Assembly (NCBI GenBank): GCA_002763265.1
Contig: PEZQ01000007.1
Location: 1-32,000 of the forward strand
Direction: 5' to 3'
From: an archaeon CG10_big_fil_rev_8_21_14_0_10_43_11
Lineage (GTDB): Archaea; Nanobdellota; Nanobdellia; PEZQ01
DNA: 32,000 nucleotides
The notes beneath the pieces were generated by a model. That model was not told the origin of the DNA and did not search any database. It worked only from the letters and a program-made list of their open reading frames with translations. The position numbers and the translations under genes are program-made. Shown one piece after another: positions 16,210 to 24,687 of this stretch; positions within the stretch are counted from its first letter, which is position 1; every line of letters starts with the position of its first letter.

Positions 16210-17210
16210 TTTGTTAACACCACGTTTAATCCAATCATGAACACGAACGCTCCAACAAGGCTTGCAACTAATCCAAAGGTGCTTTCAAGACCAAGCAGTT
16301 GCAGGGGTTTGAGCACGAGAATGAAATGCGCAAGATACGCCAGCAAGGGGTTTTGCCCATAGGGAACAAGAATGCGTGATATAATGCGTTTGAGCGCACC
16401 TGTGCGCAACAATTCGTAGAGTGAAACTGCAAAAAGAAACACGCTCACTTCAAGCATAACTGAGTGAGGGTTGCGTGCATAAAAATTGATTGGCGCAATT
16501 GCCACGTGCGTAAAAAGCGCAAACAGCGTTAAAACAAGTGCGATATTGCGGATTTTGTGCATGAATGCCCTCTTGTTTTTTGCGTCAGTATACGCCCATG
16601 CAACAAGCACGCCTACCAAAAAGAGAGGAAGCAGATTAAGCGGTGAGAAAAAGCCGCGAAACAACGCGTTAATGACCATGCTTGGCATCACTGATGCATC
16701 ACGCACGCCAGTACATACGGGAAATTGTGCGCTCGCATCATACACCAGAGGTTTAATAATGGGTTGGACAATAACTAACCCCATAATGATAACAAGAAGG
16801 GTTCGCTTTGAAGGCTTGCACGAAAGAAGCGCAAAAGAAACAAGCGCGGTAATGCCCACACCCTGTATTGCCTCGCTCCACGACTGAAACATGCAAAAAT
16901 CCCACATAAGCGTAGTAAAGAGCGCTGAGAACGCGATGTAAAACCCGTAATGCACAAGAACGTGCGCTGCATTCTGCTTCCACGATGCGCCACGCTTTTT
17001 CCTGCTTTTTAGGGACAAAAACAATCCTGCCCCGCTTGTTGCAAGAAACAGGGCAAGTACTGAAAAATGCGGGGGCATGTTAAACGCGCGGATAAAAAAA
17101 GGCGCGTCTGCGTACACGTTTTTTGTTGAAAAAAAATCAAACACTTGCCAGCCTGCCATTTGCAAAATAGCAAGACCGCGTGCAATATCAACAAAAGTTA
17201 TTCGCGCCAT
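16191..17210 (-). CDS. Polytopic membrane acyltransferase-like protein (DUF1624/HGSNAT-like)
   Basis: 339 aa, about 9-10 hydrophobic helices. The N-terminal RITFVDIARGLAILQM matches the RxxxxDxxRGxA signature of this acyltransferase group. Confidence 0.5.
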   Translation of the reverse strand: MARITFVDIARGLAILQMAGWQVFDFFSTKNVYADAPFFIRAFNMPPHFSVLALFLATSGAGLFLSLKSRKKRGASWKQNAAHVLVHYGFYIAFSALFTTLMWDFCMFQSWSEAIQGVGITALVSFALLSCKPSKRTLLVIIMGLVIVQPIIKPLVYDASAQFPVCTGVRDASVMPSMVINALFRGFFSPLNLLPLFLVGVLVAWAYTDAKNKRAFMHKIRNIALVLTLFALFTHVAIAPINFYARNPHSVMLEVSVFLFAVSLYELLRTGALKRIISRILVPYGQNPLLAYLAHFILVLKPLQLLGLESTFGLVASLVGAFVFMIGLNVVLTKWIGIT

Positions 17211-17237
17211 GTGTGCGCTACAAGAGGGCGCGCGTTT

Positions 17238-17768
17238 TTAAGAATTATTATCTTTTTTGATTACGTGCTTTCCTTTCTTTTTTGGAACAATTTTGACACT
17301 CGCGTTTTGAAACGTTTTTTTGAGTTCCCTGCCCCCAAACAATTCATGTAAAAAAATGGCAAGACTGCTAATCTCACTGTGCGGCTGGTTTGTTACGCTC
17401 ACATTGTACGCGGCGTGCTTGTACACGTCAGGCGGCACTTTTGACGCGCCAACAACAACAAGAAGCTCATCTTTTTTTCGCAATTGAGAAATCACGTTTT
17501 GAACAGGCTCCCCATACATAGTAAGGTGCACTACTGTTTTTGCATGCTCTTTTATGAGGGCGCGCCAATTTTTTTCGTAGCGAACAAAAAATTCTCCGCC
17601 CCATTTCCTGCTCGTTTTGTTCACGCTTGACACAAGCGCGCTGTCAGACTCACCGCACAAAATACCGCTTGTTGCGCCAAGCGCGCGGGCGGTAAGAAAC
17701 ACGTGCGTGGTGACGCGTTTATCGCGACTCTTGCGATGGTTAAGCCGAAGCACGCTCACGTTCTTCAT
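17238..17768 (-). CDS. trm56: tRNA (cytidine56-2'-O)-methyltransferase, archaeal Trm56 (SPOUT)
   Basis: VLRLNHRKSRDKRVTTHVFLTARALGA, WGGEFFV, VHLTMYGEP, VVVGASKVPPDVY and NVSVTNQPHSEISSLAIFLHEL are close to the aTrm56 pattern. The ATG is at 17768; the track start at 17771 is TTG. Confidence 0.9.
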   Translation of the reverse strand: MKNVSVLRLNHRKSRDKRVTTHVFLTARALGATSGILCGESDSALVSSVNKTSRKWGGEFFVRYEKNWRALIKEHAKTVVHLTMYGEPVQNVISQLRKKDELLVVVGASKVPPDVYKHAAYNVSVTNQPHSEISSLAIFLHELFGGRELKKTFQNASVKIVPKKKGKHVIKKDNNS

Positions 17769-18384
17769 CAATAATCTCCTTTAATACGCTTGCGCGCACA
17801 AACCCGCGCACTACGCGGTCATTAATCACAAGAAAAGGAAAGGAATCTACTTCATATCGTTTCATCATCATTGTGATAAGCGGGTGGCTTGACGTGCCGT
17901 CAAAACCAACAATAAACAAGTCTTTAGCATAGGTATCAGACAAATATGATAAGACAAAACTTTCGTAGTCGCATTCATGGTTTTGTGGCTCACAATAAAA
18001 GTACACAAGCGTCTTGTGCGCGAACTCGGATTTCACGGTTTTAAGAAGAAGCGTTGAGAGTGTGACAAGTTTTTCTTCCTGCTCTGCATAAAACCCTTGT
18101 GATACAAGGTCTGAAGTCATGTATTCGCGAAGCCGGCTGTGCACTGAATCAATGCTTGCAAACGCGCTATACACGTCGCGCTGGAGTTCTGACTCATTTT
18201 GTTCTTCAAATTCAAGCGCGTACACGCGCGATTCAACTGCGCGCATCTGGTCAAGAATGAATTGCTCGCGGGCAGTGTGCGTAAAACCTGAAAACGCATA
18301 GCCGGCAAGCACAATAGATGATGCAAGAACAAGGTTTAGGGCAAACAGGTAGACAAGTTTCTTGCTCACAGGTCGGTTTACCAT
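17740..18384 (-). CDS. Membrane-anchored protein with C-terminal thioredoxin-fold-like domain (no CxxC)
   Basis: N-terminal TM. The C-terminal segment LVYFYCEPQNHECDY...FIVGFDG...FPFLVINDRVVRGF resembles the glutaredoxin/thioredoxin fold order, but the cysteines are spaced Cx6C. Confidence 0.4.
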   Translation of the reverse strand: MVNRPVSKKLVYLFALNLVLASSIVLAGYAFSGFTHTAREQFILDQMRAVESRVYALEFEEQNESELQRDVYSAFASIDSVHSRLREYMTSDLVSQGFYAEQEEKLVTLSTLLLKTVKSEFAHKTLVYFYCEPQNHECDYESFVLSYLSDTYAKDLFIVGFDGTSSHPLITMMMKRYEVDSFPFLVINDRVVRGFVRASVLKEIIDEERERASA

Positions 18385-19670
18385 GCGCGATGTGCACCTT
18401 TAAGTTCAAGCAGTAGTGAATATAGCCAAATCGCGCTATTTAAAGGTAAGTACACAACTAAAAAGAAGGGAAAAAACAAGAGATTTATGCCCATTTTTTC
18501 GCGCGTGTGATAGCGCACCACTACCAAAAGCACAAGGGCAAACATAAGGGAAGTAAACACAAAGAAACTGACAATATCAAGGCTCACAAAATAGGATTGT
18601 AATTGTGTGACAACCATTTCAAGACTAAGCTGAGGTGAGAAATCAGCGGATTTTAAAATGGTAATAATATCAAAGTCAACCAAATAGAGCTTGTATATAG
18701 CGCGCAAAAATGAAAGAGTTTTTCGCGACAAAACAAGCAAGACAAGCGAGAACGAATAAAACACGAGCAAAAGACTTGCAATGTTGAGGGGAATAATAAC
18801 GGCACTAAAATTCCCGTACTTAGGACTTAACACAACATCAGGATGCGCGCGCAGTGAACTGATAAATCCTCTCTGCCAGCGCACGCGCTGGCGAACAAAT
18901 GCGCGAAGCGTTTCTGGCACAACCGTGTGCGCAATAGGTGAGAATGCGTAGCCAATCTTGTATCCTGCTTTTTGTATGCGAAGCGCGATTTCCATATCCT
19001 CAGTCATAGCAGTATTATCAAACCAGCCAATCTCATCTATGACCTTTTTTTTGTACATGCTAAACACGCCAGGCGTGACATACATTGAGTCAAGAAGCGA
19101 GAGAATTCTCCGCCACAAAATTGAAAACAAGTATTCAAAGTATTGGAGTCGTGCAAGAAAACCGCGCACATTCCAGGGCAAATAACGGATTGAAACTGCG
19201 CCCGTATTTTCATCCTCAAGATAGGGCAACACCTGTTTGAGCGTGTCAGGTCCCACTTTTGAATCCGCGTCAAGCACGACCACTGCCTCGCAGCGCGCGT
19301 CAAGAAACTCGCGCGCATAATTGACTGCCAGCGATTTTTTTCCGCCGTTCTGGGGCGTGCGCACCACTTTCACGTTTGTTACGTTCTTGAATGCTTCAAG
19401 AACGTGGGCTGTCTTGTCAGTTGACGCGTCATCAACTACTATGATTTCAAACAAATCACTTGGATACTTGAGTTTAAGCAGGCTTGCCACGCACTTGTGA
19501 ATTGAATCTTCTTCGTTGTGTGCAGGAACAATAATAGAAACAAACCGTTTGTTAAACTGGGTTGGCTCGCGAGAAAGCATGTTTCGATGCGCAACATAAA
19601 GGAGTATCCAGTACAAGTTGAGCACTAATGAAATGACTGCGGCAATAAGCACAAAGCTTCTAATAATCAT
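18378..19670 (-). CDS. Processive family-2 glycosyltransferase (PgaC/NodC/chitin- or cellulose-synthase-like)
   Basis: VSIIVPAHNEE, IIVVDDASTD, VVLDADS, TEDMEIALR and QRVRWQRG (QxxRW). One N-terminal TM and about four C-terminal TMs. Confidence 0.85.
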   Translation of the reverse strand: MIIRSFVLIAAVISLVLNLYWILLYVAHRNMLSREPTQFNKRFVSIIVPAHNEEDSIHKCVASLLKLKYPSDLFEIIVVDDASTDKTAHVLEAFKNVTNVKVVRTPQNGGKKSLAVNYAREFLDARCEAVVVLDADSKVGPDTLKQVLPYLEDENTGAVSIRYLPWNVRGFLARLQYFEYLFSILWRRILSLLDSMYVTPGVFSMYKKKVIDEIGWFDNTAMTEDMEIALRIQKAGYKIGYAFSPIAHTVVPETLRAFVRQRVRWQRGFISSLRAHPDVVLSPKYGNFSAVIIPLNIASLLLVFYSFSLVLLVLSRKTLSFLRAIYKLYLVDFDIITILKSADFSPQLSLEMVVTQLQSYFVSLDIVSFFVFTSLMFALVLLVVVRYHTREKMGINLLFFPFFLVVYLPLNSAIWLYSLLLELKGAHRAW

Positions 19671-19684
19671 TGTCTGCTCTCCCC

Positions 19685-20803
19685 CTATGGTTTTATGAGC
19701 TCATTTAAAAGTATTGTGGCATAGCTTCCTTTCTTGAGTGTAAACCGGATTGTTACTGGTTTTGTTTTAAGCACGCGAAAATCGCGCACGCGCACAAAGG
19801 CTTTTCGCTTTTCACCAGCACTGCTCACCTGTTTTTTGAGTGTTTGAAAATCCTCAAAACTAACATCCTCTTTTTCAAGCAACTCGCGCATGTCCGGGTC
19901 ATCTTCCCCGCTTCGATACCCAGGCACGTCAACAGTAACGGGTTGTTTGTGTTCACGTATTTTTTTTGAAAGACAGCGGTTAAACAGATATGACTGGTAC
20001 GCGTGCACGTATAAGGAGAGCAGTTCTCTTCTCAAACGCAAAAACGCGGTTTTAAAACTCCCCTCAAAACGCGCAAGAAATTGGCGCTCGCTCCACATGC
20101 TTTGGGGTAATTCAACCGTGCCAATATCAGGCCACGCGTCAAACAATTCTTTTCGCGCGCCACGCCACGCGTCAGGCTCGTTTGTTCCGTTAGTAAGAAG
20201 CATTTTTGCTGCGTGCTCAAAATCGCCTTTTACTAAGAATTTTCCCACGCGATGCGTGGTTCCATTACCAAACCGTTGCTTGCCATAAAAGTTTGGCATG
20301 CAAAAATTCTTCTCGCTAAGCTCTGCTACAAAACTATCAACAGGCAGAATCGTGTCTCTGAGTATAACCTTGAATCGGTTGCCCCACAAGGCGCCAATCG
20401 TAAGCGGGTAATTGCTGTACGCATACGCATTAAGGCGTATATCAGCTTCTTTGAAGGGGTGGAAGTTTTGCGTTGGAATGCTTATGCGCTGCGCAGTTAT
20501 GGCGCGCTTGTCTTTTAAGCCAGCATAGCCAACTCTTGCGCGCATTTCTTTTTCAACGCGAGACACTGCTTTGAGCGTGGTGTAGTCCTGCTTGACCAGG
20601 GTTGCGTGCACGTATTTTTTTGGTTTTTTCAAAAAAAACAATGCATCACTAATCTTGTTTGCAAGTGTGGGCGTAATGCTTGTCTGACCGTAATAGTCGC
20701 GCTCTTCAACAATAAAATCAGAAAAAAACGTGTTAAACGTCCCGCCGACGCCGGGGCTTTGTGTAACATACTGCAAAATGCCAAACTCATCTTCGCGCAT
20801 CAT
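19685..20803 (-). CDS. truD: tRNA pseudouridine synthase D (TruD/Pus7 family)
   Basis: GVGGTFNTFFSDFIVEE, YAGLKDKRAITAQRISI (catalytic Asp motif) and MPNFYGKQRFG. Confidence 0.88.
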   Translation of the reverse strand: MMREDEFGILQYVTQSPGVGGTFNTFFSDFIVEERDYYGQTSITPTLANKISDALFFLKKPKKYVHATLVKQDYTTLKAVSRVEKEMRARVGYAGLKDKRAITAQRISIPTQNFHPFKEADIRLNAYAYSNYPLTIGALWGNRFKVILRDTILPVDSFVAELSEKNFCMPNFYGKQRFGNGTTHRVGKFLVKGDFEHAAKMLLTNGTNEPDAWRGARKELFDAWPDIGTVELPQSMWSERQFLARFEGSFKTAFLRLRRELLSLYVHAYQSYLFNRCLSKKIREHKQPVTVDVPGYRSGEDDPDMRELLEKEDVSFEDFQTLKKQVSSAGEKRKAFVRVRDFRVLKTKPVTIRFTLKKGSYATILLNELIKP

Positions 20804-21231
20804 ATGCGGATGCCTATCACGGTTGTTGTAGTATCATTTGTGCAACTGCACGTGCAGAAAGGTCGTGTGCGTATGTCAAGCTCTTTGTTATCAGTTTTGT
20901 TCAAGTCATAATAACAATCACATGAGAGTGTGGGGTCAGTGAAGTATTGTTTCATTTCACTGCCAAATGCAACACACTGCTCATCTTGCACAATAAAATC
21001 TTTGCGCGCCGTATAATCAAAAGTAAATGACACGCTAAAAGGGGGTAAGATTTTCCCTGTTGGCTCAACATGAATGCGATAGCCTTGCGCAAACAGGACA
21101 AACCAGAGTGAGCCAAGAGCAAAAACAAGAAGGGTGAGGGTTACTTTCATTTCAAAAGAGGTGAGAACACGTTTTGCAAAGCGTGCTTTTTGCATTATGC
21201 TTTTGTTAAGGGTGAGTTCTTTTTGGCTCAT
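20800..21231 (-). CDS. Single-pass membrane protein with Cys-rich ectodomain
   Basis: 143 aa. TM LTLLVFALGSLWFVLF, then a domain with 7 Cys (CVAF..SCDCYY..FCTCSC). Its stop overlaps the truD start in ATGATGA-type coupling. Confidence 0.55.
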   Translation of the reverse strand: MSQKELTLNKSIMQKARFAKRVLTSFEMKVTLTLLVFALGSLWFVLFAQGYRIHVEPTGKILPPFSVSFTFDYTARKDFIVQDEQCVAFGSEMKQYFTDPTLSCDCYYDLNKTDNKELDIRTRPFCTCSCTNDTTTTVIGIRI

Positions 21232-21255
21232 ACCAGTATATGCTCACTTTTCCTG

Positions 21256-21270
21256 CGCTTATATACATTA
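21256..21270 (-). promoter_or_regulatory. TATA-like element (minus strand AATGTATATAAG) for the 21231-15364 operon
   Basis: Centre lies about 32 nt upstream of the ATG at 21231, in the spacer after the S-layer terminator. Confidence 0.4.
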
Positions 21271-21295
21271 TTGCACGTACAAAAATGTAGGATAC

Positions 21296-21340
21296 AAAAA
21301 AAAGAAAAAAAAGAGAAAAGTAAAGGGTGTATACACCCTT
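21296..21340 (-). terminator. S-layer gene terminator: perfect palindrome AAGGGTGTATACACCCTT followed, on the minus strand, by a long oligo-T tract
   Basis: The hairpin at 21323-21340 begins 12 nt after the stop. The plus-strand A-run at 21296-21319 becomes T-rich RNA on the minus strand, matching the archaeal oligo-T terminator type. Confidence 0.6.
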
Positions 21341-21351
21341 TTTTCTTAAGT

Positions 21352-23964
21352 TTATGCTGAAGCAGCTTCAACAACTGCGATGTCGCTTACAACTGTGGTG
21401 CCCGTGTTGAGCATCAAGCTGTTTTGTGCGTACATACTAAAGTCGATTGGAGCTCCTTGCAACAAGCTTGCAGCAACTGCGCGTGCAGCCATCAACGTGT
21501 CTTCACCAGCAAGGCCGGCAATAACAAGCACGTCTTGACCGTTGAAAGCGCTTTCTACAAAGTCGATTTGTGCGTATCCGCTTGCGCCGTACGCAATCAA
21601 GTCTGTGTAGTCAATGCTTCCTGCAGCAACAAGGTCCACAACAATTGAGTTGACTGCGCTACCACCAAGAGCGATGATTGGCTTATCAACTGATGCTGTG
21701 TCAATGTCTGAGTCGAGCAATGCAAAGCCTGGACTGACTTTGTTAATGCTTACTGCTTCGCCAGCTGAGCTGACCAACTTGATGCCGGTTCCGCCAACTG
21801 TGGTGTTTTCACCTGCTGCCAAGGTAACTTCTTGTGCTGCTTTTGTTCCAACCGTAAGCGCAAAGCTTCGGTCAAACAATTTAAACAACACTGAGTCGTC
21901 CACGGTATCCAGGTTTTCGTTACTGTCACCAAACGTTGTAGCGTATCCTGCTGTTGCGTTACCATCTACCAAGTAAATTTCAGACTTGTAGTCTGTGAGC
22001 TGGTAGTAGGTTGACGTCAAGTTTCCGCTGTTTGTTGCAAAGTCGTTGTCGGCTCCCCACTTAAATGCAGTTGCAGTTGAGTCTGCACCATTCCAGTTAA
22101 CATCTGTTGCTGCATTGAATGACGCGTTACCGCTTGATGCATCAAAGTGGAAGTCCACTGCCAATGCTTGTCCGTCTGGTTGTGTAATAGTCACTACATC
22201 TGAACCATCGTCCCAGGTAATGCGTGCGCCGTATTGGGACACGTATGTTCCATAAGACTGAGTTGATGTAAAGACTTTACTTGAACCATCGCGGGTGTAC
22301 AAGTTGGTAACAACTGCATCGAAGTTTGCATCTGCACTGTACTGAATAAGTGCTGCTTTAGCTCTCAAAATGACTGCATCCTTTGTTGTTCCGGTTTTGA
22401 CTGAGTCAAAGTACGTCACGTTGATTCCTGAAGGAGTCACGTGGCTTCCGGTTGTTGGAATGGTTTGCCATGTTGCTGATGTTGGCGAGCTTCCCGCTGT
22501 CAAGTTGTTAGTTGCTACAGGGTATGACGCATCCCAAGATAGCGAGCTGTTTGAGAATCGAAGTCTCAATTCAAGCTTACCGTCACTGTTGTTGATGTAG
22601 ACATAACTCTCGTCTCGACCGATTTCCAACGTTGCATTGTAAACACTGTCGTTGATTTGAGCAGGGGTTACTTGGTATGCAGTTCCATCTCCGTCAAAAC
22701 GGACATAGGTCACACCAGGAATCACTGTGTCTACGGTACTGTTGTCTGAAAAGTCCAACATTGCGCCGCCGTCTTCGGTGGAGTTAATGTTGAATGCGTT
22801 GTCAACTTGCGCACTTTCAGCAACTCTAAACCACTCAATGTTTGCGCCTTTTGAGTTGTTTGCGTAAATCAAGTTCATGCCCGGCACAATTGCAACTTCT
22901 CCGCCTGAAACGACAGAGTACGATTGGTTGTTTCTGAGCACAAGGCTTGTAACACCAGTTGCGGTACTGTTAATGCTTAACGTATCGACAACCCATGCAG
23001 CGCTCAATGGGAACGCGTCTCCTTGTTTGAACTTGTTGCTCTCTGAGATGGCTTTGAATGTTGCTTTCTTAACGGTACTGCCAACGAATGGGTTTTCGTT
23101 AAGTTTGAGCTTTTCACTGCCAATGGTTAAGTACGTTGTGTTAACGGTGTATGTGTTTCCGCCTGTGCTGATTAATGCTGCACTGGTTGAAACGTCATCC
23201 AACGTAAAGGTTGTACTACCAACAGTGAATTCTGCGCCAACAGATACTTCAACAGTTGTTGTTGAGCCAAGCGTCACGTTTTGTGAGTCAATGGCAGTTA
23301 TTTCATAGCCAGAACCGAGCCAAGCGATTTGGTCTCCAACTTGGAATACTCCCGCAAAGCTGCTAGACCTGTTCGTACCAAGTGACCAGTTGACCACGTG
23401 GTTTGAAGAGTCGCTTGCGTTTACGATTAATCCAAGCCCGTCAATGTCAAGCTTAATCCCATCAGGGTTTATTCTTAACGTACCGCCTGCCACAATGTCT
23501 TGTGTGCCAACATGAGTTGTCACATTTGCGAGCACTGTGATGTTGTCTGCGTTTGTTGCACTTGTCCATGAAGACTCTGCAACGTCACTGTGGTTTACAA
23601 AAAGTGTGCTACTGCCGAGTACGTAGCCCGTATCAGTGTCAAGGGTAAACGCGTTAAGCGATTCACCGGTTGTGTAGTTCACTTCGAGTGTTGCTGATCC
23701 ACTTGTTCCTGTGGATGTTGTTGCTAGTTGTCCAAATGCGGTAGCGACTTCTACGGCACCTGCAACATCAATTGGCTTAGCGTTTTCGCCTACTGCCACG
23801 TATGCATCAAACATTCCGCTTGATACCAGTGGAGAAGGGAGTCCGCTTAAGTCAGCTGCGAATGCTGCACCTGCAACTGTTGCGCCGACCATGCCAGCAC
23901 CAACAGCTACTGCCGCGAATTTCTTGGCTGTTCTTTTTATTGTTTTTACGAATTCCTCTTGCAT
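21352..23964 (-). CDS. S-layer (surface layer) glycoprotein
   Basis: 870 aa from ATG 23964, with an SD GGAGAGGTAGGTGA 8 nt upstream. Signal peptide KKFAAVAVGAGMVGATVAGAAFA. The protein is Thr/Ser/Asn/Val-rich and beta-type, with roughly two dozen N-x-S/T sequons. The C-terminal KPIIALGGSAVNS...VLVIAGLAGEDTLMAARAVA resembles the conserved archaeal S-layer C-terminal domain. Strong terminator and long leader. Confidence 0.75.
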   Translation of the reverse strand: MQEEFVKTIKRTAKKFAAVAVGAGMVGATVAGAAFAADLSGLPSPLVSSGMFDAYVAVGENAKPIDVAGAVEVATAFGQLATTSTGTSGSATLEVNYTTGESLNAFTLDTDTGYVLGSSTLFVNHSDVAESSWTSATNADNITVLANVTTHVGTQDIVAGGTLRINPDGIKLDIDGLGLIVNASDSSNHVVNWSLGTNRSSSFAGVFQVGDQIAWLGSGYEITAIDSQNVTLGSTTTVEVSVGAEFTVGSTTFTLDDVSTSAALISTGGNTYTVNTTYLTIGSEKLKLNENPFVGSTVKKATFKAISESNKFKQGDAFPLSAAWVVDTLSINSTATGVTSLVLRNNQSYSVVSGGEVAIVPGMNLIYANNSKGANIEWFRVAESAQVDNAFNINSTEDGGAMLDFSDNSTVDTVIPGVTYVRFDGDGTAYQVTPAQINDSVYNATLEIGRDESYVYINNSDGKLELRLRFSNSSLSWDASYPVATNNLTAGSSPTSATWQTIPTTGSHVTPSGINVTYFDSVKTGTTKDAVILRAKAALIQYSADANFDAVVTNLYTRDGSSKVFTSTQSYGTYVSQYGARITWDDGSDVVTITQPDGQALAVDFHFDASSGNASFNAATDVNWNGADSTATAFKWGADNDFATNSGNLTSTYYQLTDYKSEIYLVDGNATAGYATTFGDSNENLDTVDDSVLFKLFDRSFALTVGTKAAQEVTLAAGENTTVGGTGIKLVSSAGEAVSINKVSPGFALLDSDIDTASVDKPIIALGGSAVNSIVVDLVAAGSIDYTDLIAYGASGYAQIDFVESAFNGQDVLVIAGLAGEDTLMAARAVAASLLQGAPIDFSMYAQNSLMLNTGTTVVSDIAVVEAASA

Positions 23965-24105
23965 TTTATATTCACCTACCTCTCCGGAGGGGTTGTTGAT
24001 AAATTGACTATTAGCGAAGTATTTTCTTTGGTTGCTGTATAACACCTCAAGTGAGATGTGCAAACCCCTCGTTCGATTAATACTTCTAGTATGATAACAT
24101 CATAC

Positions 24106-24122
24106 GCAAATTTATATATGTT
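24106..24122 (-). promoter_or_regulatory. S-layer gene TATA box (minus strand AAACATATATAAATTTG)
   Basis: Best TATA match in the 24064-24230 spacer. It implies a 5' leader of roughly 120 nt. Confidence 0.45.
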
Positions 24123-24156
24123 TCGAAACAGCGCCAAAACGGGCATTTCTAAATGC

Positions 24157-24204
24157 TTAAAATGCATAACGCAGGTATTACAATCACCATTAAAATGCAA
24201 ACGC
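24157..24204. repeat. Direct repeat TTAAAATGCA(T)AACGC x2, 33 nt apart, upstream of the S-layer TATA
   Basis: Copies at 24157-24172 and 24190-24204. A third AAATGC half-site lies at 24151-24156. Confidence 0.6.
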
Positions 24205-24230
24205 CCTGCTCCACGCAGATTTGTGAGGAG

Positions 24231-24680
24231 TCATTGCGTTGATTCTTTTTGGTTTTGTTGCTGTGAGCCTTGGCGCTGGAGTTTGAGAAGCGTGTTTGCC
24301 GTTATTTTGAGTGTTTTGTCAAGTTCCTGAATTTTAAAGAGTGCTTCATTGAGTCCTGACTCTATTTCATTTACGTCAAGCGTGACTTTGCCATGAGGTT
24401 TGAGGATTTCAAGGTGAGATGGTCCAAAATCAATCATGAATCCAACAAGTGCTTCAAAGGTTTCAACAGAAACAAGCAGTTCTACTGCGGCAATAAAAAA
24501 GTCAGGCTGTTTTTCCATTGGTTCTGCGGGCTGGTACTCTTCTTTGAGCACGCGCAGTTCTTCACGAAGCCCGATTCGTTTGACCAATTCTTTTACGGCC
24601 ATTTCTACGGCTTCTTTGCTTTTCTCATTGCTGTGTGGATGTTTTCCAAATAATTCAAGTGAACACATAACTTCAAACAT
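24231..24680 (-). CDS. Hypothetical cytoplasmic protein, helical/coiled-coil C-terminus
   Basis: 149 aa from ATG 24680, 7 nt after the upstream stop. The track start at 24752 would overlap the upstream gene. No motif recognised. Confidence 0.5.
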   Translation of the reverse strand: MFEVMCSLELFGKHPHSNEKSKEAVEMAVKELVKRIGLREELRVLKEEYQPAEPMEKQPDFFIAAVELLVSVETFEALVGFMIDFGPSHLEILKPHGKVTLDVNEIESGLNEALFKIQELDKTLKITANTLLKLQRQGSQQQNQKESTQ

Positions 24681-24687
24681 TGCTTTT

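Noticed and set aside
23965-24063. 33-residue N-terminal extension of the S-layer ORF (track start 24063)
   Set aside because: That start is a TTG with no RBS. The ATG at 23964 has a strong SD and is followed immediately by a canonical signal peptide. The extension is better explained as 5' leader.
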